Positions 11,626 through 22,703 of a stretch of 64,000 nt of DNA are shown one piece after another (position 1 is the first letter of the stretch; every line of letters starts with the position of its first letter). The position numbers were made by a program, and so were the translations under genes. The stretch covers positions 1,632,001-1,696,000 of the forward strand of contig OZ219791.1 of NCBI GenBank assembly GCA_964291215.2. The letters run 5' to 3'. The notes below the pieces were generated by a model, which did not search any database, had not been told where the DNA came from, and saw only the letters and a list, made by a program, of their open reading frames with translations. The DNA is from Alphaproteobacteria bacterium (GTDB lineage Bacteria; Pseudomonadota; Alphaproteobacteria; MPNO01; UBA830).

Positions 11626-14022
11626 CTACCATGTCCTGAAAAAGAGGGCTGGACATTGCCGATCGGGCGGTGTACGGTCCCTCGCCATGCGGACCCAATC
11701 GAACATTCTTCGGACGCTGCGCGGCGCGGAAGCGCGGTCCCGGGTGGCCGGGATCCTGTCGCGGGAGTCGTTTGCCAGCCGGCAGTCTCTGGGCCGCCGG
11801 GTGTGCGAGGAGTTTGCCTTTGTCGACGCCCTCGGCCGGTGGCAGGTTTCGGGATGCCTCAAGGCCCTGCGCACCCTGGCGGCGTCCTCGCCGGAGATCG
11901 TCCTGCCGCCGCCCCGGGTGCCGCCGCCGGACCGAACGCCGCGTCAGCTGGATGAGGCCGTTCCGGCGCCCGTCGGGGTGCCGGGGCGGGTGTCGGAGAT
12001 CGAAGGGCTGGAGGTGTTTCCGGTGACGACGGTGGTGCAGCGCACGGTGTGGAACACGCTGATCGCGCGCGAGCATCCGCACGGCCTGACGACCTTCGCG
12101 GGCCATCAGGTGCGCTATTTGGTGACCTCGGGACACGGAATCCTGGGCGCGGCCGGGTTCTCGGCCGCCGCCTTGCAGGTGCAGGCCCGGGACCGCTGGA
12201 TCGGGTGGAGTGCGCCGCAGCGCCGGGATCACCTCCACCGGGTGATCGGTCTCAGCCGCTTCCTGATCCGTCCGGCGGTCCGCTGTCCCCACCTCGCCAG
12301 CCAAGTGCTGGGCCGTCTGTTGCGACGGCTGCCCGCGGATTTCGAGGCCCGCTACGGCCTGCGGGTGTGGCTGGTGGAAAGCTATGCGGATGCGGGCGTG
12401 CCGGGCACCTGCCTGCGGGCTGCCAATTTCGTGTGCGTGGGCGAGACGAAGGGGCGGGGCCGCCAGGACCGGTATCATCGCCGGGAGAAGACCGGGAAGA
12501 CGGTCTGGATGTACCCGTTGCACCGGCGTTGGCGCCGGGATCTCGGGGTGGCCGAAGTGGAGCGATGGCCGTCGCTCGAGCCCGGCGAAGGTCTCGGTGC
12601 ACGGGAGTGGGCCGCGAACGAGCTGGGAGGAGCACCCTTGGGGGATCGGCGACGGGCGGCGCGACTGGTGAAGAGCGCTTCGCTGCTGGCGGAGTATCCG
12701 GGGCAGAAGATCCAGGCCCACCCGGACAGCAGCCGTACGGTCATCAGTGCCTTCTACCGGTTGATCGAGCAACCGGTGGACAGCGCCATCACGGTGGACA
12801 ACATCCTGGCGCCTCACCGGGAGCGTACCCTCCAGCGCATCCGGGGGCAGCGGACGGTGCTGGCGATCGAGGACGGGAGCGATCTGAACTTTGCGCGGCG
12901 TCCGGGGTGTGACGGTCTGCAGGTCATCGGCACGAACCAGACCCGTGCCTCGACCCTGCACGCCACGCTGGCGGTGACCGACACCGGCCTGCCCCTGGGG
13001 GTGCTGCGGTTGGGGTTCGACCCGAAGCATGCGAAGACCGTCGCCGCCGGGACGAAAAGCCGGCGATGGCTCCACGGATTCACGGATACCGTCGACGCCG
13101 TCCGGGAAGTCGGCGGCAAGACCCGCGTGATCATGGTCTGCGATCGGGAGGCGGATTTCTTCGAACTGTTCGATCTCCAGCGCCAGCACCCGCGGGTCGA
13201 GGTGCTGGTACGGGCCCGGCACGATCGGGTCCTGGGGCCCCACCGCCCGAAGCTGTTCGCTGCCATGCAAGCCGGCCCGTCCGACGATCAGATCGAGATC
13301 GAGATCGACGGCCTGACCGAACGCCGGAAATCGCGCGGGAAACCGGCCCGGCGCAAGCGTGTGGCCAACTGCGAACTCCGACATCGTCGCCTGACCCTGC
13401 CGTCGACCCTGGAGGGCAAGGATCCGGTGTCCGTCTCGACGGTCCATCTGGTCGAAACCCACCCGCCCGAGGGCGAGAATCCGGTGCAGTGGTTCCTGCT
13501 CACCACGCTCCCGGTGCGCACCGGGCCGCAAGCCGCCGAGGTGGTCGGCCACTATCTCCAGCGCTGGAAGATCGAGGATTTCTTCCGCGTCCTGAAATCC
13601 GGCTGCCAGGTGCAGTCCCTGCTGTTCCGCAAGGCCGAACGCCTACAACGGGTCACCGCCATCCATGCCGTGATCGCCTGGCGCATCATGGTCCTGACCC
13701 TGCTCGGACGACAGGTCCCGGACTGTGAACCCGCGCTGATGTTCACCGATCCGGAACTGGCCTTCCTCCGCGACTACGCGCGCGAGCAGGCCATGCCGGC
13801 TCCCGACACCCTCGGCGGCGCCGTGCGTCTGGTCGCCCATCTCGGAGGGTATCGGGACCGCAAGCACGACCCTGAACCCGGATACCAGATCATGTGGCAC
13901 GGCTCCAACCGGCTGAGCGGCGCCACCCTCGGTCATCGAATCGGCTTCCAGGCCGGCCAGCGGCAGGCCCTGGTCCGGGATCGGGCTCCCCTGGTTCAGC
14001 CATAATTGTCATGCCTCGGTAG
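11626..14022 (+). mobile_element. IS4-family element with DUF4338-fused transposase
   Basis: Imperfect IRs CTACCATGTCCTGAAAA / CTACCGAGGCATGACAA around one 772-aa ORF; both flanks are NNCTAGNN but not identical. Confidence 0.75.
11687..14005 (+). CDS. IS4 (IS50/Tn5-like) transposase with N-terminal DUF4338/DruA-like domain
   Basis: N-terminal RDRWIGW, SRFLI, LVESY, AANFVCVGETKGRGRQD; C-terminal LGDRR, AIEDGSDLNF, VCDREAD, YLQRWKIEDFFRVLKSG. Confidence 0.85.
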   Translation: MRTQSNILRTLRGAEARSRVAGILSRESFASRQSLGRRVCEEFAFVDALGRWQVSGCLKALRTLAASSPEIVLPPPRVPPPDRTPRQLDEAVPAPVGVPGRVSEIEGLEVFPVTTVVQRTVWNTLIAREHPHGLTTFAGHQVRYLVTSGHGILGAAGFSAAALQVQARDRWIGWSAPQRRDHLHRVIGLSRFLIRPAVRCPHLASQVLGRLLRRLPADFEARYGLRVWLVESYADAGVPGTCLRAANFVCVGETKGRGRQDRYHRREKTGKTVWMYPLHRRWRRDLGVAEVERWPSLEPGEGLGAREWAANELGGAPLGDRRRAARLVKSASLLAEYPGQKIQAHPDSSRTVISAFYRLIEQPVDSAITVDNILAPHRERTLQRIRGQRTVLAIEDGSDLNFARRPGCDGLQVIGTNQTRASTLHATLAVTDTGLPLGVLRLGFDPKHAKTVAAGTKSRRWLHGFTDTVDAVREVGGKTRVIMVCDREADFFELFDLQRQHPRVEVLVRARHDRVLGPHRPKLFAAMQAGPSDDQIEIEIDGLTERRKSRGKPARRKRVANCELRHRRLTLPSTLEGKDPVSVSTVHLVETHPPEGENPVQWFLLTTLPVRTGPQAAEVVGHYLQRWKIEDFFRVLKSGCQVQSLLFRKAERLQRVTAIHAVIAWRIMVLTLLGRQVPDCEPALMFTDPELAFLRDYAREQAMPAPDTLGGAVRLVAHLGGYRDRKHDPEPGYQIMWHGSNRLSGATLGHRIGFQAGQRQALVRDRAPLVQP

Positions 14023-14210
14023 GGCTAGTAGTCCACCGACATTGTATTGATGGTTTTTGGTGGGTAGTATTTCCGTGTCGGCGTTCGTTGGAATCCGGGC
14101 AGTGCCGATATCCACACGGGCAAGATGCCGAATAGGCAGGCAGCCCCATGCGCAGGTCCGGACAACGGGCATGTCCGCAGGTCTTCGGGGCAATGACAGG
14201 AGCGGCGCAT

Positions 14211-14607
14211 ATGGCCAACTCTCCTCAGGGCAGGAAGCTCTACCGGGTGACCCTTTCGGCGCAGGAGCGCCGGGATCTGAAGGCGATCGGGCATCGGGGG
14301 CGCCGGGGCCGCCTGGCACAGGTCCTGATGCTGAGGGGCGCTTGTCGATGCCGACATTGCGCAAGGGCTGGGCATCGGCACGGCGACGGTCGAGCGCTTG
14401 CGCAAGCGCTGCGTCCTGGAGGGACTGGAGGCCGCCCTCAGCCGCAAGGAGCAGGTGAACCGTCGGCCGAAACGGCTGGACGGGGCGATGGAGGCGAAGC
14501 TGGTCGCCCTGCTCGTCCCCGCCCGAGGGCTGTGGGCGCTGCTCGCCGGCCGTCTGGTGGAGATGGAGATCGTCGAGCGCATTTCGGAAGAGACGGTCAG
14601 GAATACG
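14211..14607 (+). pseudogene. IS630 transposase, N-terminal (HTH) half, frameshifted
   Basis: YRVTLSAQERRDL, RKRCVLEGLEAAL, LDGAMEAKLVAL, ISEETVRNT spread over several frames. Confidence 0.85.
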
Positions 14608-14625
14608 TGTATTACACCTTGGTGA

Positions 14626-16575
14626 CTATGCGATTTGTGGTTCTTTCCCCGCGCGGAAATAATGCCATCCGACAAACAGGAAACTCGCCGCGAACGCCGG
14701 CCAGTGAAATACCGGATCAAGGTGGAGCACGAAGAACGCCAGGATCAGGCGTCCGCCGATCTCCCAAATTGCCAGGTGACGCTTATCGAAACCGAGGGTC
14801 GCGCTGGAAACCAGGTAAATCACCAGCAGGAGCCGTATGAGGGCCGAGGCGAAGTCGGGGATATTGAACTCGACGCCACTCTCCTCCACCAGCAGCAGCA
14901 CCGGGTAATAGGCGAAGGCAAAGGGAACGATGAACTTCACCATGCCGACCCGCAGCGCATAGATCGCGGTCTTGAGAGGGGGCGATTCGGCAATCGACGC
15001 CGCGGCGTAGGCCGCCACGGCCACCGGCGGCACGATCGACGACGCAACGCCGTAATAAAGAACGAACAAGTGGGAGACTAGGGGCGTCAGGCCAAGGTTC
15101 TGGAACGACGGCCCCATGATCAGAATGATGCTGAGATAGGCGGGTACCGTGGGCATGCCCATGGCCAGCATCAACGAGGCAAACGCAGCAATGAACAGGA
15201 CGCTAAAGAGGTTGTCGTCGGCGAGGTCGTTGATTACCTGAGCAAAGTCATTGGGCAGTCCGGTCGCGCCCAAAACCGCGACAATCACCCCAACCACGCC
15301 GATGGCCATCAGCAATTCGCTGTAGGTCTGGCCGCCGCGGCTCAGGGCGGTCAGGATTAATGTCGGTTTCCTGCGAATATCCGGATTGAGAAAACTGAGC
15401 GGGATCAGCATGGCCAAGGCGAACATGCCTGCGCCGGCGGCGGAGAATCCCATGACCAGCGTCGCGACCACCACGGTAATGGGCACGAACACCATGATCA
15501 GGTTCAGATAGTCCTGCGGTTTGACGGCCATGTTGGGATCCATGTCCGGGACGGCCTCGATCCCCAGGCGCCGGGCTTCGAAGACCACCGCGACGAACAA
15601 GCTGGAATAATAGGCAAGCGCTGGCACGATCGCGGCAACGATGATGGTGAGGTACGAGATGCCGGTAAGGTCGGCCATCACCAACGCGGCCGCGCCCATG
15701 ATCGGCGGCATGATCTGGCCGGCGCTGGAAGCGGTTGCCTCGACACCGCCGGCGAAGGCCGGATCGAAGCCCCGCCGCTTGATGATCGGGATGGTGATGA
15801 CGCCCGTGGCAACGACATTGGTCACCGATCCGCCGGTAACCGTGCCGAACAGCCCGGAGGCGGCAATGGCCGCATGGGCCGGGCCGCCCCGGAAGTTACG
15901 GGTCAACAGGAAGGCGATCTTGATGAGCGACCGGCCGCCGCCCGTTTGCTGCAGGGTGACCCCCAGCAGGACAAAGGGCAGGACGGTGAATATGAGGATG
16001 CCCATGAGATTGCCGAGCACCCCGTCATTGAGGTTGAACCAAATGTCTTCGGCGGAATCGATGAACTCCACCTGTGCGGTCTCGAAAATCCACGGCCAGT
16101 GCTGGCCGGTGTAAAAATAGAAGATGATCAGCATGCCGAATACGGACAGGGCGGCGCCCCAGACCCGCCAACAAAGGATGATGAATATGGCGCAGCCGGT
16201 CAGGGCGATGATCGGATGAACGATGGAGAGAACGAACAGCCCGTCAATCAACTCGAGGGCGACGATGTGATAGACCCACAGCACCCACGCAGCGGCAACC
16301 GCCAATGCCGCGTCCGCCAGCCAGGCCACGGATTTTATGGCCGGGAGTCGGCGTGAAACAGGCTCCGATACCGGATACCGGATAAGCACGACAATGATGG
16401 CGGAAAAAACGATCAGCGGCCGGATATACTCACTCGGGAATGGACCGATACTGGGGACGATCCAGAAGCTCGGCGCGGAATTGACGATTCCGGTGAAGGC
16501 GATGACGAGGGCCGCCAAACCGGCAAACCTGTTCAGGAGTCGGCGCGCGTTCGACTGCTCGGATTCCGTCGGCAT
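14626..16575 (-). CDS. TRAP transporter fused 4TM/12TM permease (TAXI type)
   Basis: RGGPAHAA, GSVTNVVATGVITIP, ASSAGQIMPPIMGAAA, MGMPTVPAY. Confidence 0.93.
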   Translation of the reverse strand: MPTESEQSNARRLLNRFAGLAALVIAFTGIVNSAPSFWIVPSIGPFPSEYIRPLIVFSAIIVVLIRYPVSEPVSRRLPAIKSVAWLADAALAVAAAWVLWVYHIVALELIDGLFVLSIVHPIIALTGCAIFIILCWRVWGAALSVFGMLIIFYFYTGQHWPWIFETAQVEFIDSAEDIWFNLNDGVLGNLMGILIFTVLPFVLLGVTLQQTGGGRSLIKIAFLLTRNFRGGPAHAAIAASGLFGTVTGGSVTNVVATGVITIPIIKRRGFDPAFAGGVEATASSAGQIMPPIMGAAALVMADLTGISYLTIIVAAIVPALAYYSSLFVAVVFEARRLGIEAVPDMDPNMAVKPQDYLNLIMVFVPITVVVATLVMGFSAAGAGMFALAMLIPLSFLNPDIRRKPTLILTALSRGGQTYSELLMAIGVVGVIVAVLGATGLPNDFAQVINDLADDNLFSVLFIAAFASLMLAMGMPTVPAYLSIILIMGPSFQNLGLTPLVSHLFVLYYGVASSIVPPVAVAAYAAASIAESPPLKTAIYALRVGMVKFIVPFAFAYYPVLLLVEESGVEFNIPDFASALIRLLLVIYLVSSATLGFDKRHLAIWEIGGRLILAFFVLHLDPVFHWPAFAASFLFVGWHYFRAGKEPQIA

Positions 16576-16657
16576 TGTATTCCCCCATCAACCGAACTGG
16601 CGACCTACCGGCCCCACGTACGGGGCCGGTAGGCGGCGGCATCGACCGACGGGTTGG

Positions 16658-17692
16658 TTAAGAGTTCGGGGGAAGGAGACGCTCCGGAATCTTTGTCCCG
16701 ATCTCCCGGTAATACTTCGCGGCCCCCGAATGGAGCCTCACATTCGAGCCGATGAAAGGCCGTTTCGGATCGACGCTCTTCAGTGTCACGGCGGTTTGCT
16801 GCATTTCACCCAAGTTTTCCCAGATGGCCTTGGTCATCTTGTAGACCATGTCTTCCGGAAGACTCGCCGCGACGCCCAGGTTGAACGTGCCGCCCGTCGT
16901 GACGACTTTCTTGTCGTTGTCAACCTGCGACTTATAGGTTCCCGGCGGAATTTCGAGGACAAACCGGTGGGGCGGAGCCGTGAATTTCTTCAAGCCTTCG
17001 GGATTTCCGGTCCGAGCATCGAGAATCCGGAATTTTTTCTTCAGCCCGATCTGTTCAACCGCGGCGGCGCCAAGTCCGGCGGGCCGGAAAAAGACATCCA
17101 GCTTGCCGTCCAGCATGGCCTGGAGACCGGAGCCCCAAGGCATCTTGATGGCTTTGTAGTCTTTGTTCGGCTCATATCCGGTCAGCGAACGGATGTAGTT
17201 CTGGGAGTTCACCGACGCACTACCGGACGGCGGCCCGACGAACACCCGCTTGCCCTTGATATCCTTGAAGCCCTTGATCCCGGAATCCTCAAACGTAAGC
17301 GGATGATTCGTTACGGCGAGCCACCCCAGAATGGAGCGTACTTCCTTTGACGCGGCGATCGCTTCCTTCTTGAACTTCTTGGCGTACATCCGGGAGCCTT
17401 TCTGAAGGTAACCGGCGACCGCCGTCGGCAGCGGCATAACCTCGAGCTTGCCGCTTCCCAGCTTCAGGGCCGACCGGGTCAAGGTCTGGCTGTCATTCAC
17501 CTGAACCGAGATACCCGCCTCGCGCTTCCAGATCTTGCTGGCGACGATAATCATGGTGTGACCGGGCGCCCCCTGTGCGTCCGTATCAGATCGTAAAATC
17601 TTGCCCTGCGCCTGAACGGCGGTCGGCGCGGAGATCAGCATGCCGGTGAGCAGCAGACCTCCGATAAAGCCTCTCTTTGTCAAATCTCGCAT
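16658..17692 (-). CDS. TAXI-family TRAP substrate-binding protein
   Basis: Signal peptide, DIKGKRVFVGPPSGS, DGKLDVFF, VYKMTKAIWENL, LHSGAAKYYREIG. Confidence 0.9.
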   Translation of the reverse strand: MRDLTKRGFIGGLLLTGMLISAPTAVQAQGKILRSDTDAQGAPGHTMIIVASKIWKREAGISVQVNDSQTLTRSALKLGSGKLEVMPLPTAVAGYLQKGSRMYAKKFKKEAIAASKEVRSILGWLAVTNHPLTFEDSGIKGFKDIKGKRVFVGPPSGSASVNSQNYIRSLTGYEPNKDYKAIKMPWGSGLQAMLDGKLDVFFRPAGLGAAAVEQIGLKKKFRILDARTGNPEGLKKFTAPPHRFVLEIPPGTYKSQVDNDKKVVTTGGTFNLGVAASLPEDMVYKMTKAIWENLGEMQQTAVTLKSVDPKRPFIGSNVRLHSGAAKYYREIGTKIPERLLPPNS

Positions 17693-17862
17693 TGCACTCT
17701 CCTGTTAAGTTCGATTTTTCAATTTCCCGGGTCGCCGGTCTCGTCTCCGTGATCCGCAACGCACGAAAGGCACGCGTCCGATCATTCGATATTCGTCCCC
17801 TACGGAGTTGAAGAGTACGGTCACGGCAATTCGGCGTCCAATACCGATTACGCACTCTCACC

Positions 17863-17939
17863 ATAACCAGGAGTTATTACGCCCTTCATCGGAAGGAAAA
17901 ATTTCGCTAAGATGGTTCACAATTATAACAATGAGTTAT
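17863..17939. promoter_or_regulatory. Two ATAAC-N5-GTTAT palindromes (LysR T-N11-A boxes)
   Basis: ATAACCAGGAGTTAT at 17863-17877 and ATAACAATGAGTTAT at 17925-17939, in the divergent TAXI/LysR intergenic region. Confidence 0.65.
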
Positions 17940-17947
17940 GGAGGACG

Positions 17948-18871
17948 ATGGCATACCAGGGTATCGACAGGCTTGTCGCCCACTTCCTGGCGGTTGCCGA
18001 CGAGGGCGGGGTAACCAGGGCCGCGGCCGAGCTCAATATTTCTCAGCCGGCTCTTTCTCGCAGCATCCGGATGCTTGAAGATCGCATCGGGGTTCCCCTC
18101 TTCCATCGCCGGTCCTTCGGCGTCGAGTTGACCGCGTACGGCCGGCTGCTTGCCCGCCGGGCGCGCGCCATGCAACTCGAGTATGAGCACGCGCTCACCG
18201 AGATCGACGCGCTGCTGCACGGGCGGGAGGGAATTATCCGGATCGGCGCCATTCCGGCGTGGGAAACCATCTACATCCCGCGGGCGCTCACCGCGGCCCG
18301 GGACAAACTGGAAGGCATAAACTTCACGGTCGTCGGCGGGGCCACCCGCCCCCTGCTCGCCCAGTTGCGGGAGGGCGCGATAGATTTGGCCTGCATCGCC
18401 CTGGAGGAACTGACCCCGCCGGACATCGTCACCGAGGTCCTGATGGACATGGAGCGGGTTGTCGTCAGCAGCGCGGCCCACCCTTTGGCCCGACAGAAGA
18501 CCGTCACTGCGGAGGATTTGCTGAAATATCCGTGGAGCCAACTCAAGGGCGACGAGATTACGCTATCGAGGCTAGGCGGCTACTTTTCCGCCTACGGACT
18601 GGAGCCGCCGAACATCGAACTGGAATGTGAGTCCAACTCTTCCCTGATTTCGATCATGAAGACATCCGAAATCATCAGCACCGCTCCCAAGCCCTTTGCC
18701 GAGCACAGGTGCTCCGAAGAGTTGACCATCCTGCCGATTCAGGGATCGCTCTGGCACTACAAGACCGGCATTGCCTACCGGCGGGAAACCTCGCCGCCGG
18801 CGTTTTTGATGTCGTTTATTTCCCACCTCCGCTCTTCCCTTTCGGATGACGCAAATGCCGCGGCCCCATAA
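17948..18871 (+). CDS. LysR-family transcriptional regulator
   Basis: HTH FLAVADEGGVTRAAAELNISQPALSRSIRMLE; GGAGGA RBS before ATG 17948. Confidence 0.95.
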   Translation: MAYQGIDRLVAHFLAVADEGGVTRAAAELNISQPALSRSIRMLEDRIGVPLFHRRSFGVELTAYGRLLARRARAMQLEYEHALTEIDALLHGREGIIRIGAIPAWETIYIPRALTAARDKLEGINFTVVGGATRPLLAQLREGAIDLACIALEELTPPDIVTEVLMDMERVVVSSAAHPLARQKTVTAEDLLKYPWSQLKGDEITLSRLGGYFSAYGLEPPNIELECESNSSLISIMKTSEIISTAPKPFAEHRCSEELTILPIQGSLWHYKTGIAYRRETSPPAFLMSFISHLRSSLSDDANAAAP

Positions 18872-19007
18872 GATTATCGCATGGCCTCAAGCCTAATGGG
18901 CATTAGACGGGCATGGACAATTCATGACTGAATAGCCGCGAGACTGTCCCGCCGGCCGCGCCGGGGCAAACGAGAGAGCCCGGCGTTCCGGGAACAACGG
19001 AGGAAAT

Positions 19008-19841
19008 ATGGCCATCAACCAGTATTACGCCGTCCCCGAATTGGAGGAGTACAGCGAGCGGTTTAAGGACTTTTTTCAGTTCAAGCGCGAGAACGGCATC
19101 CTCGAGGTCAAGATGCACACCAACGGCGGGCCGGTGAAATGGAGCTATCAGTTCCATCATGCGCTCGCCGAGCTTTGGACCGTCATCGGCCACGATAAGG
19201 AAAACGAGGTCCTGCTCCTCACCTCGACGGACCCATACTGGATCTACGAATGGGATACGGCGTCGTTCAAGGAGGTCGAGCAATCGCCCGATGACGATCA
19301 GCGCTATGACGTGCAGATCTACGACACGCTGAAAATCGTCGAGAACTTCGTCAACGACATCGAGATTCCGACCATTGCCGCTATCAACGGGCGGGGCATT
19401 CATTGGGAAATGGCGCTGATGAGCGACATCACCCTTTGCACCCCCGACTTCATCCTGCGGGACGGGCATTTCAGCATGGACAGCGGCCATGTCCCCGGCG
19501 ACGGCATGGGGCTGTGCCTGCAGCAGGTTCTCGGGATCAAGCGCGGCAATTACATGATGCTGACCAGCGGCAGCATGGATGCCGGGGAGTGCTTCGAACT
19601 CGGGGTCGTCAACGAGGTGGTGGAGCGGGACGACATCGTCGACCGCGCCTGGGAGCTTGCGCGCGACATCATGAAGAAGAGCCGGTCGGCCCGGCGGATG
19701 GCCCATTATATCTGTGTGCGGCCGTGGAAAGCGGTTCTCGAACGGGATTTCCGCATTCACGTGATCTCTGAGATGTATTCGTTCAACCTGTCCGCTTCCG
19801 AGCACGACTTCGGGCACCTCAAACACAAAGACGGCGATTGA
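19008..19841 (+). CDS. Crotonase (enoyl-CoA hydratase/isomerase) family protein, 6-oxocamphor-hydrolase-like
   Basis: IPTIAAINGRGIHWEMALMSDI, HVPGDG, LGVVNEVV. Confidence 0.85.
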   Translation: MAINQYYAVPELEEYSERFKDFFQFKRENGILEVKMHTNGGPVKWSYQFHHALAELWTVIGHDKENEVLLLTSTDPYWIYEWDTASFKEVEQSPDDDQRYDVQIYDTLKIVENFVNDIEIPTIAAINGRGIHWEMALMSDITLCTPDFILRDGHFSMDSGHVPGDGMGLCLQQVLGIKRGNYMMLTSGSMDAGECFELGVVNEVVERDDIVDRAWELARDIMKKSRSARRMAHYICVRPWKAVLERDFRIHVISEMYSFNLSASEHDFGHLKHKDGD

Positions 19842-19860
19842 GGACGGACGGCGCTCGCCG

Positions 19861-20649
19861 ATGGCACAACTCACCGCACCATCTGCTCTCTTCGATCTTC
19901 GGGACAAGTCGGCCCTGATATCCGGGGCCTCGGGCGCCCTCGGCGAAGCCGCCGCGCGGGCGCTGGCTGGGGCCGGGGCGCACGTGACGCTCGCCGGCGG
20001 AAACATGCCGAAGCTCGATGTGTTGGCCGAGGAAATCGCCGGCGCGGAGCAAAGCGTATCCACCGTCGAAGGACGGCCCGTGGATGAAGCGGCGGCCGAA
20101 AGGCTGGTCGCGGCTGCCGCCGAGCCGCGGGGCCTCGACATCGTCGCCGCCGCCTCCGGCTTCTCAATCGTCAAACCGATCCTGGAGATGACCCCCGACG
20201 AATTCGGCAGCGTCATGGATGCAAACGTCCGGCAAACCTGGCTCCTGTCCCGGGCGGCGGCGAAGCGCTTCGTCGAGCAGGGACGCGGCGGAAAGATGAT
20301 CCTGATTTCGTCGGTCCGCGGACAATTCGCCGCGCCAGGCGGCACCTCGGCCTACGGGACGTCCAAGGCGGCGATAAATTTGCTCACCCGGTCCCTGGCG
20401 GTCGAGCTCGGGCCCCACGGGGTTTGCGTGAATGCCATCGCGCCGACGGTATTTCGATCCGAGCTCACCGCCTGGCTGTTCGAGGACGAGAACGAAAAAG
20501 CCCGCGCCAAGGTGTTGCAGCGCATCCCCCTCGGCCGGTTGGGGGAACCCGGGGATTTCACCGGAATTTTCATGTTCCTCGCCTCCAGGGCGTCGGATTT
20601 CCTTACCGGCGAAATCATCAACTTGGACGGCGGTTTCTCCGCCAACTAG
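19861..20649 (+). CDS. SDR-family oxidoreductase
   Basis: SGASGALG, YGTSK catalytic YxxxK, VNAIAP, RIPLGRLG. Confidence 0.92.
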   Translation: MAQLTAPSALFDLRDKSALISGASGALGEAAARALAGAGAHVTLAGGNMPKLDVLAEEIAGAEQSVSTVEGRPVDEAAAERLVAAAAEPRGLDIVAAASGFSIVKPILEMTPDEFGSVMDANVRQTWLLSRAAAKRFVEQGRGGKMILISSVRGQFAAPGGTSAYGTSKAAINLLTRSLAVELGPHGVCVNAIAPTVFRSELTAWLFEDENEKARAKVLQRIPLGRLGEPGDFTGIFMFLASRASDFLTGEIINLDGGFSAN

Positions 20650-20815
20650 TTTAGTGTCCCGTAAATAAGTGTGATATATTCTCGGTCTCGCTCGTAACAG
20701 GAGACCTTTCGAGATGCCCCGCGGCCGCCAACTTTCCCCCTCTGGTGCCCACCGATGAGCAACATGAACACCTGACCGCTCTCTCCCGCTCCACCTCAAT
20801 GCCCCACGCCTTAGC

Positions 20816-22617
20816 CCGAAGTTCCGGAAAATTCCGGCTGAAATGCACGTCAAGTCATTGATGCAGCGTGGTTTTTCGGATTTTTCGTGCGTCAGAATGT
20901 ACCCATGTAATACGGTTTTGGGTGCTTGACATCCATGGATCTTGCGCCTATATGCAGTAGCCATGTATATCGAATCCGTCCCCAACCGCTCGTCCCCGCC
21001 CGCCATCCTGCTCCGCGAGTCCTAGCGCAAAGCCGGAGCAGTCAAGAAGCGCACCCTCGCCAACCTTTCCAAGCCCGCTCTCATCGAGGGATTGCGCATT
21101 CTGCTCAAGGGAGGAACCGCAGGTCTCGACGACGCCTCGTCCGCTCCCTGCCCCATGTGGCCGCGGTGCTGGGAACCCTGAAGAAACTGGGCCGGCGGAT
21201 CGACCCGAAGCCTTCTCCCGAGCGCGATCAGGTTCTCGCCATGATCGTGGCACGCATCCTCGAGCCCGCCTCGAAGCTGGCCAGGGGGATGGCCGAGGCC
21301 ACAGCGGTCAGCACTCTGGGCGAGCTCCTCGATGCGGAGATGGACGAGGACGCCCTCTACGGCGCCATGGATTGGCTCCTGGAACGTCAGGAGAGGATCG
21401 AGCGGTCCCTGGCGAAGCGGCACCTCGAAGAAGGCTGCCTGGTGCTGTATGACCTGACTTCCGTGTGGATGGAGGGGAGAGCGTGCCCCTTGGCCAGGCG
21501 AGGTCATTCCCGGGATGGCAAGAAGGGCAAGCTGCAGTCGGCCTTCTGTGCGACCGGGACGGGTGTCGGTGTTCCCCGGCAACACCCGGCGACGCTGTCC
21601 TCGCAGATCACCACGCTGCAGGAGCGGTTCTCCTTGGCGAAGGTGGTGCTGGTGGGGGATCGGGGGATGCTGACCGAGGCGCGCATCCGCGAGGAGGTGA
21701 AGCCTGCGGGCCAGCGCCTTGAGGGGCATCCGTTCCCTGGTGGAGGCCGGCGATGTCGAGATGTCGCTCTTCGACGAGAGGGACTTGGTGGAGATCACCA
21801 GCGATGCGTATCCCGGCGAGCGCCTCTGCCGCAACCCGCTGCTGGCCGAGGACCGGAAGCGCCAGGAACTGCTCGAGGCCACCGAGGCTCGCACCGATTG
21901 CCGCAGCGAGACCAGCGCCGGGCGCCGGGAAGATCGGGGAGCGGAAGGTCATCGGCAAGTACAAGATGGCGAAGCATTTCACGTGGTCCATCGACGACGA
22001 GGGGATCTTCACCTATGGGCGCGATGCGGCTGCCATCGCCGCCGAGGCCCAGCTCGACGGCCTCTACGTGATTCGCCTGCCGCAGAGCGAGCTCGACGGT
22101 CCCGGCACGGTGCGGACCTACAAGCGGTTGAGCTCCGTGGAACGGACCTTCCGCAGCCTCAAGACCGTGGACCTGAAGGTGCGCCCCGTCTACCACCGCC
22201 CCGAGTCCGCGCCCACGTCTTCCTGTGCATGCTCGCCTACTACGTCGAATGGCACATGCGCCAGAGACTGAAGTCCATGCTGTTCGACGACGAGGATGCC
22301 GAAGGCGCCCGGCGGCCGTCCGTCGTGGCGCCGGCAGAAGTCTCGGCGAGCGCCCGGGCCAAGGCGGCCACGAAAAGGACGCCCGGAGGGGGCACAGCTT
22401 CCGCACCCTCATCGGCGATCTTGCGACCATCACCCGCAACACCGTGGCACCCCGCCTTGCGGGCGCCGAACCCTTCCCGGTCACCACACGGCCCACGCCG
22501 CTCCAGAGAAGGGCTTTCAAGCTTCTGGGCGTGAAGCCATAGTGTACCCAGACCGCTGAAATGTATAGAATGTCATTTCTATCAGGCACTTACGTCTGAT
22601 CGGCTCTGGAACTTCAG
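20816..22617 (+). mobile_element. IS1634-family element, transposase pseudogene
   Basis: IRs CCGAAGTTCCGGA / CTGAAGTTCCAGA; 6-bp TSD CTTAGC; MYIESVPNR, LVLYDLTS, GHSRDGK, VGDRGM, LDGLYVIR, VERTFRSLK, RVRAHVFLCMLAYY in shifting frames. Confidence 0.9.
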
Positions 22618-22703
22618 CTTAGCGTGCACGCATCGTGCTGCGCCCGGGGACAGACCAATTCGGCAGCTCAACGTTTCGCTGTCGGCAGTGGGCAAATGGC
22701 GGC

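Noticed and set aside
11687-12560. Druantia anti-phage system
   Set aside because: The DruA-like domain is fused to a transposase inside IS ends; no DruE helicase or other Dru genes.
11525-13552. 675-aa ORF antisense to the IS4 transposase (likewise 759..2366 and 24953..26971)
   Set aside because: Shadow ORFs with Arg/Gly/Ala-rich composition and no domain signature.
14608-14625. GTATTACACC at the left edge of the 27-kb insert as a decayed IS66 end
   Set aside because: Too short, with no partner end or 8-bp TSD at the right junction.
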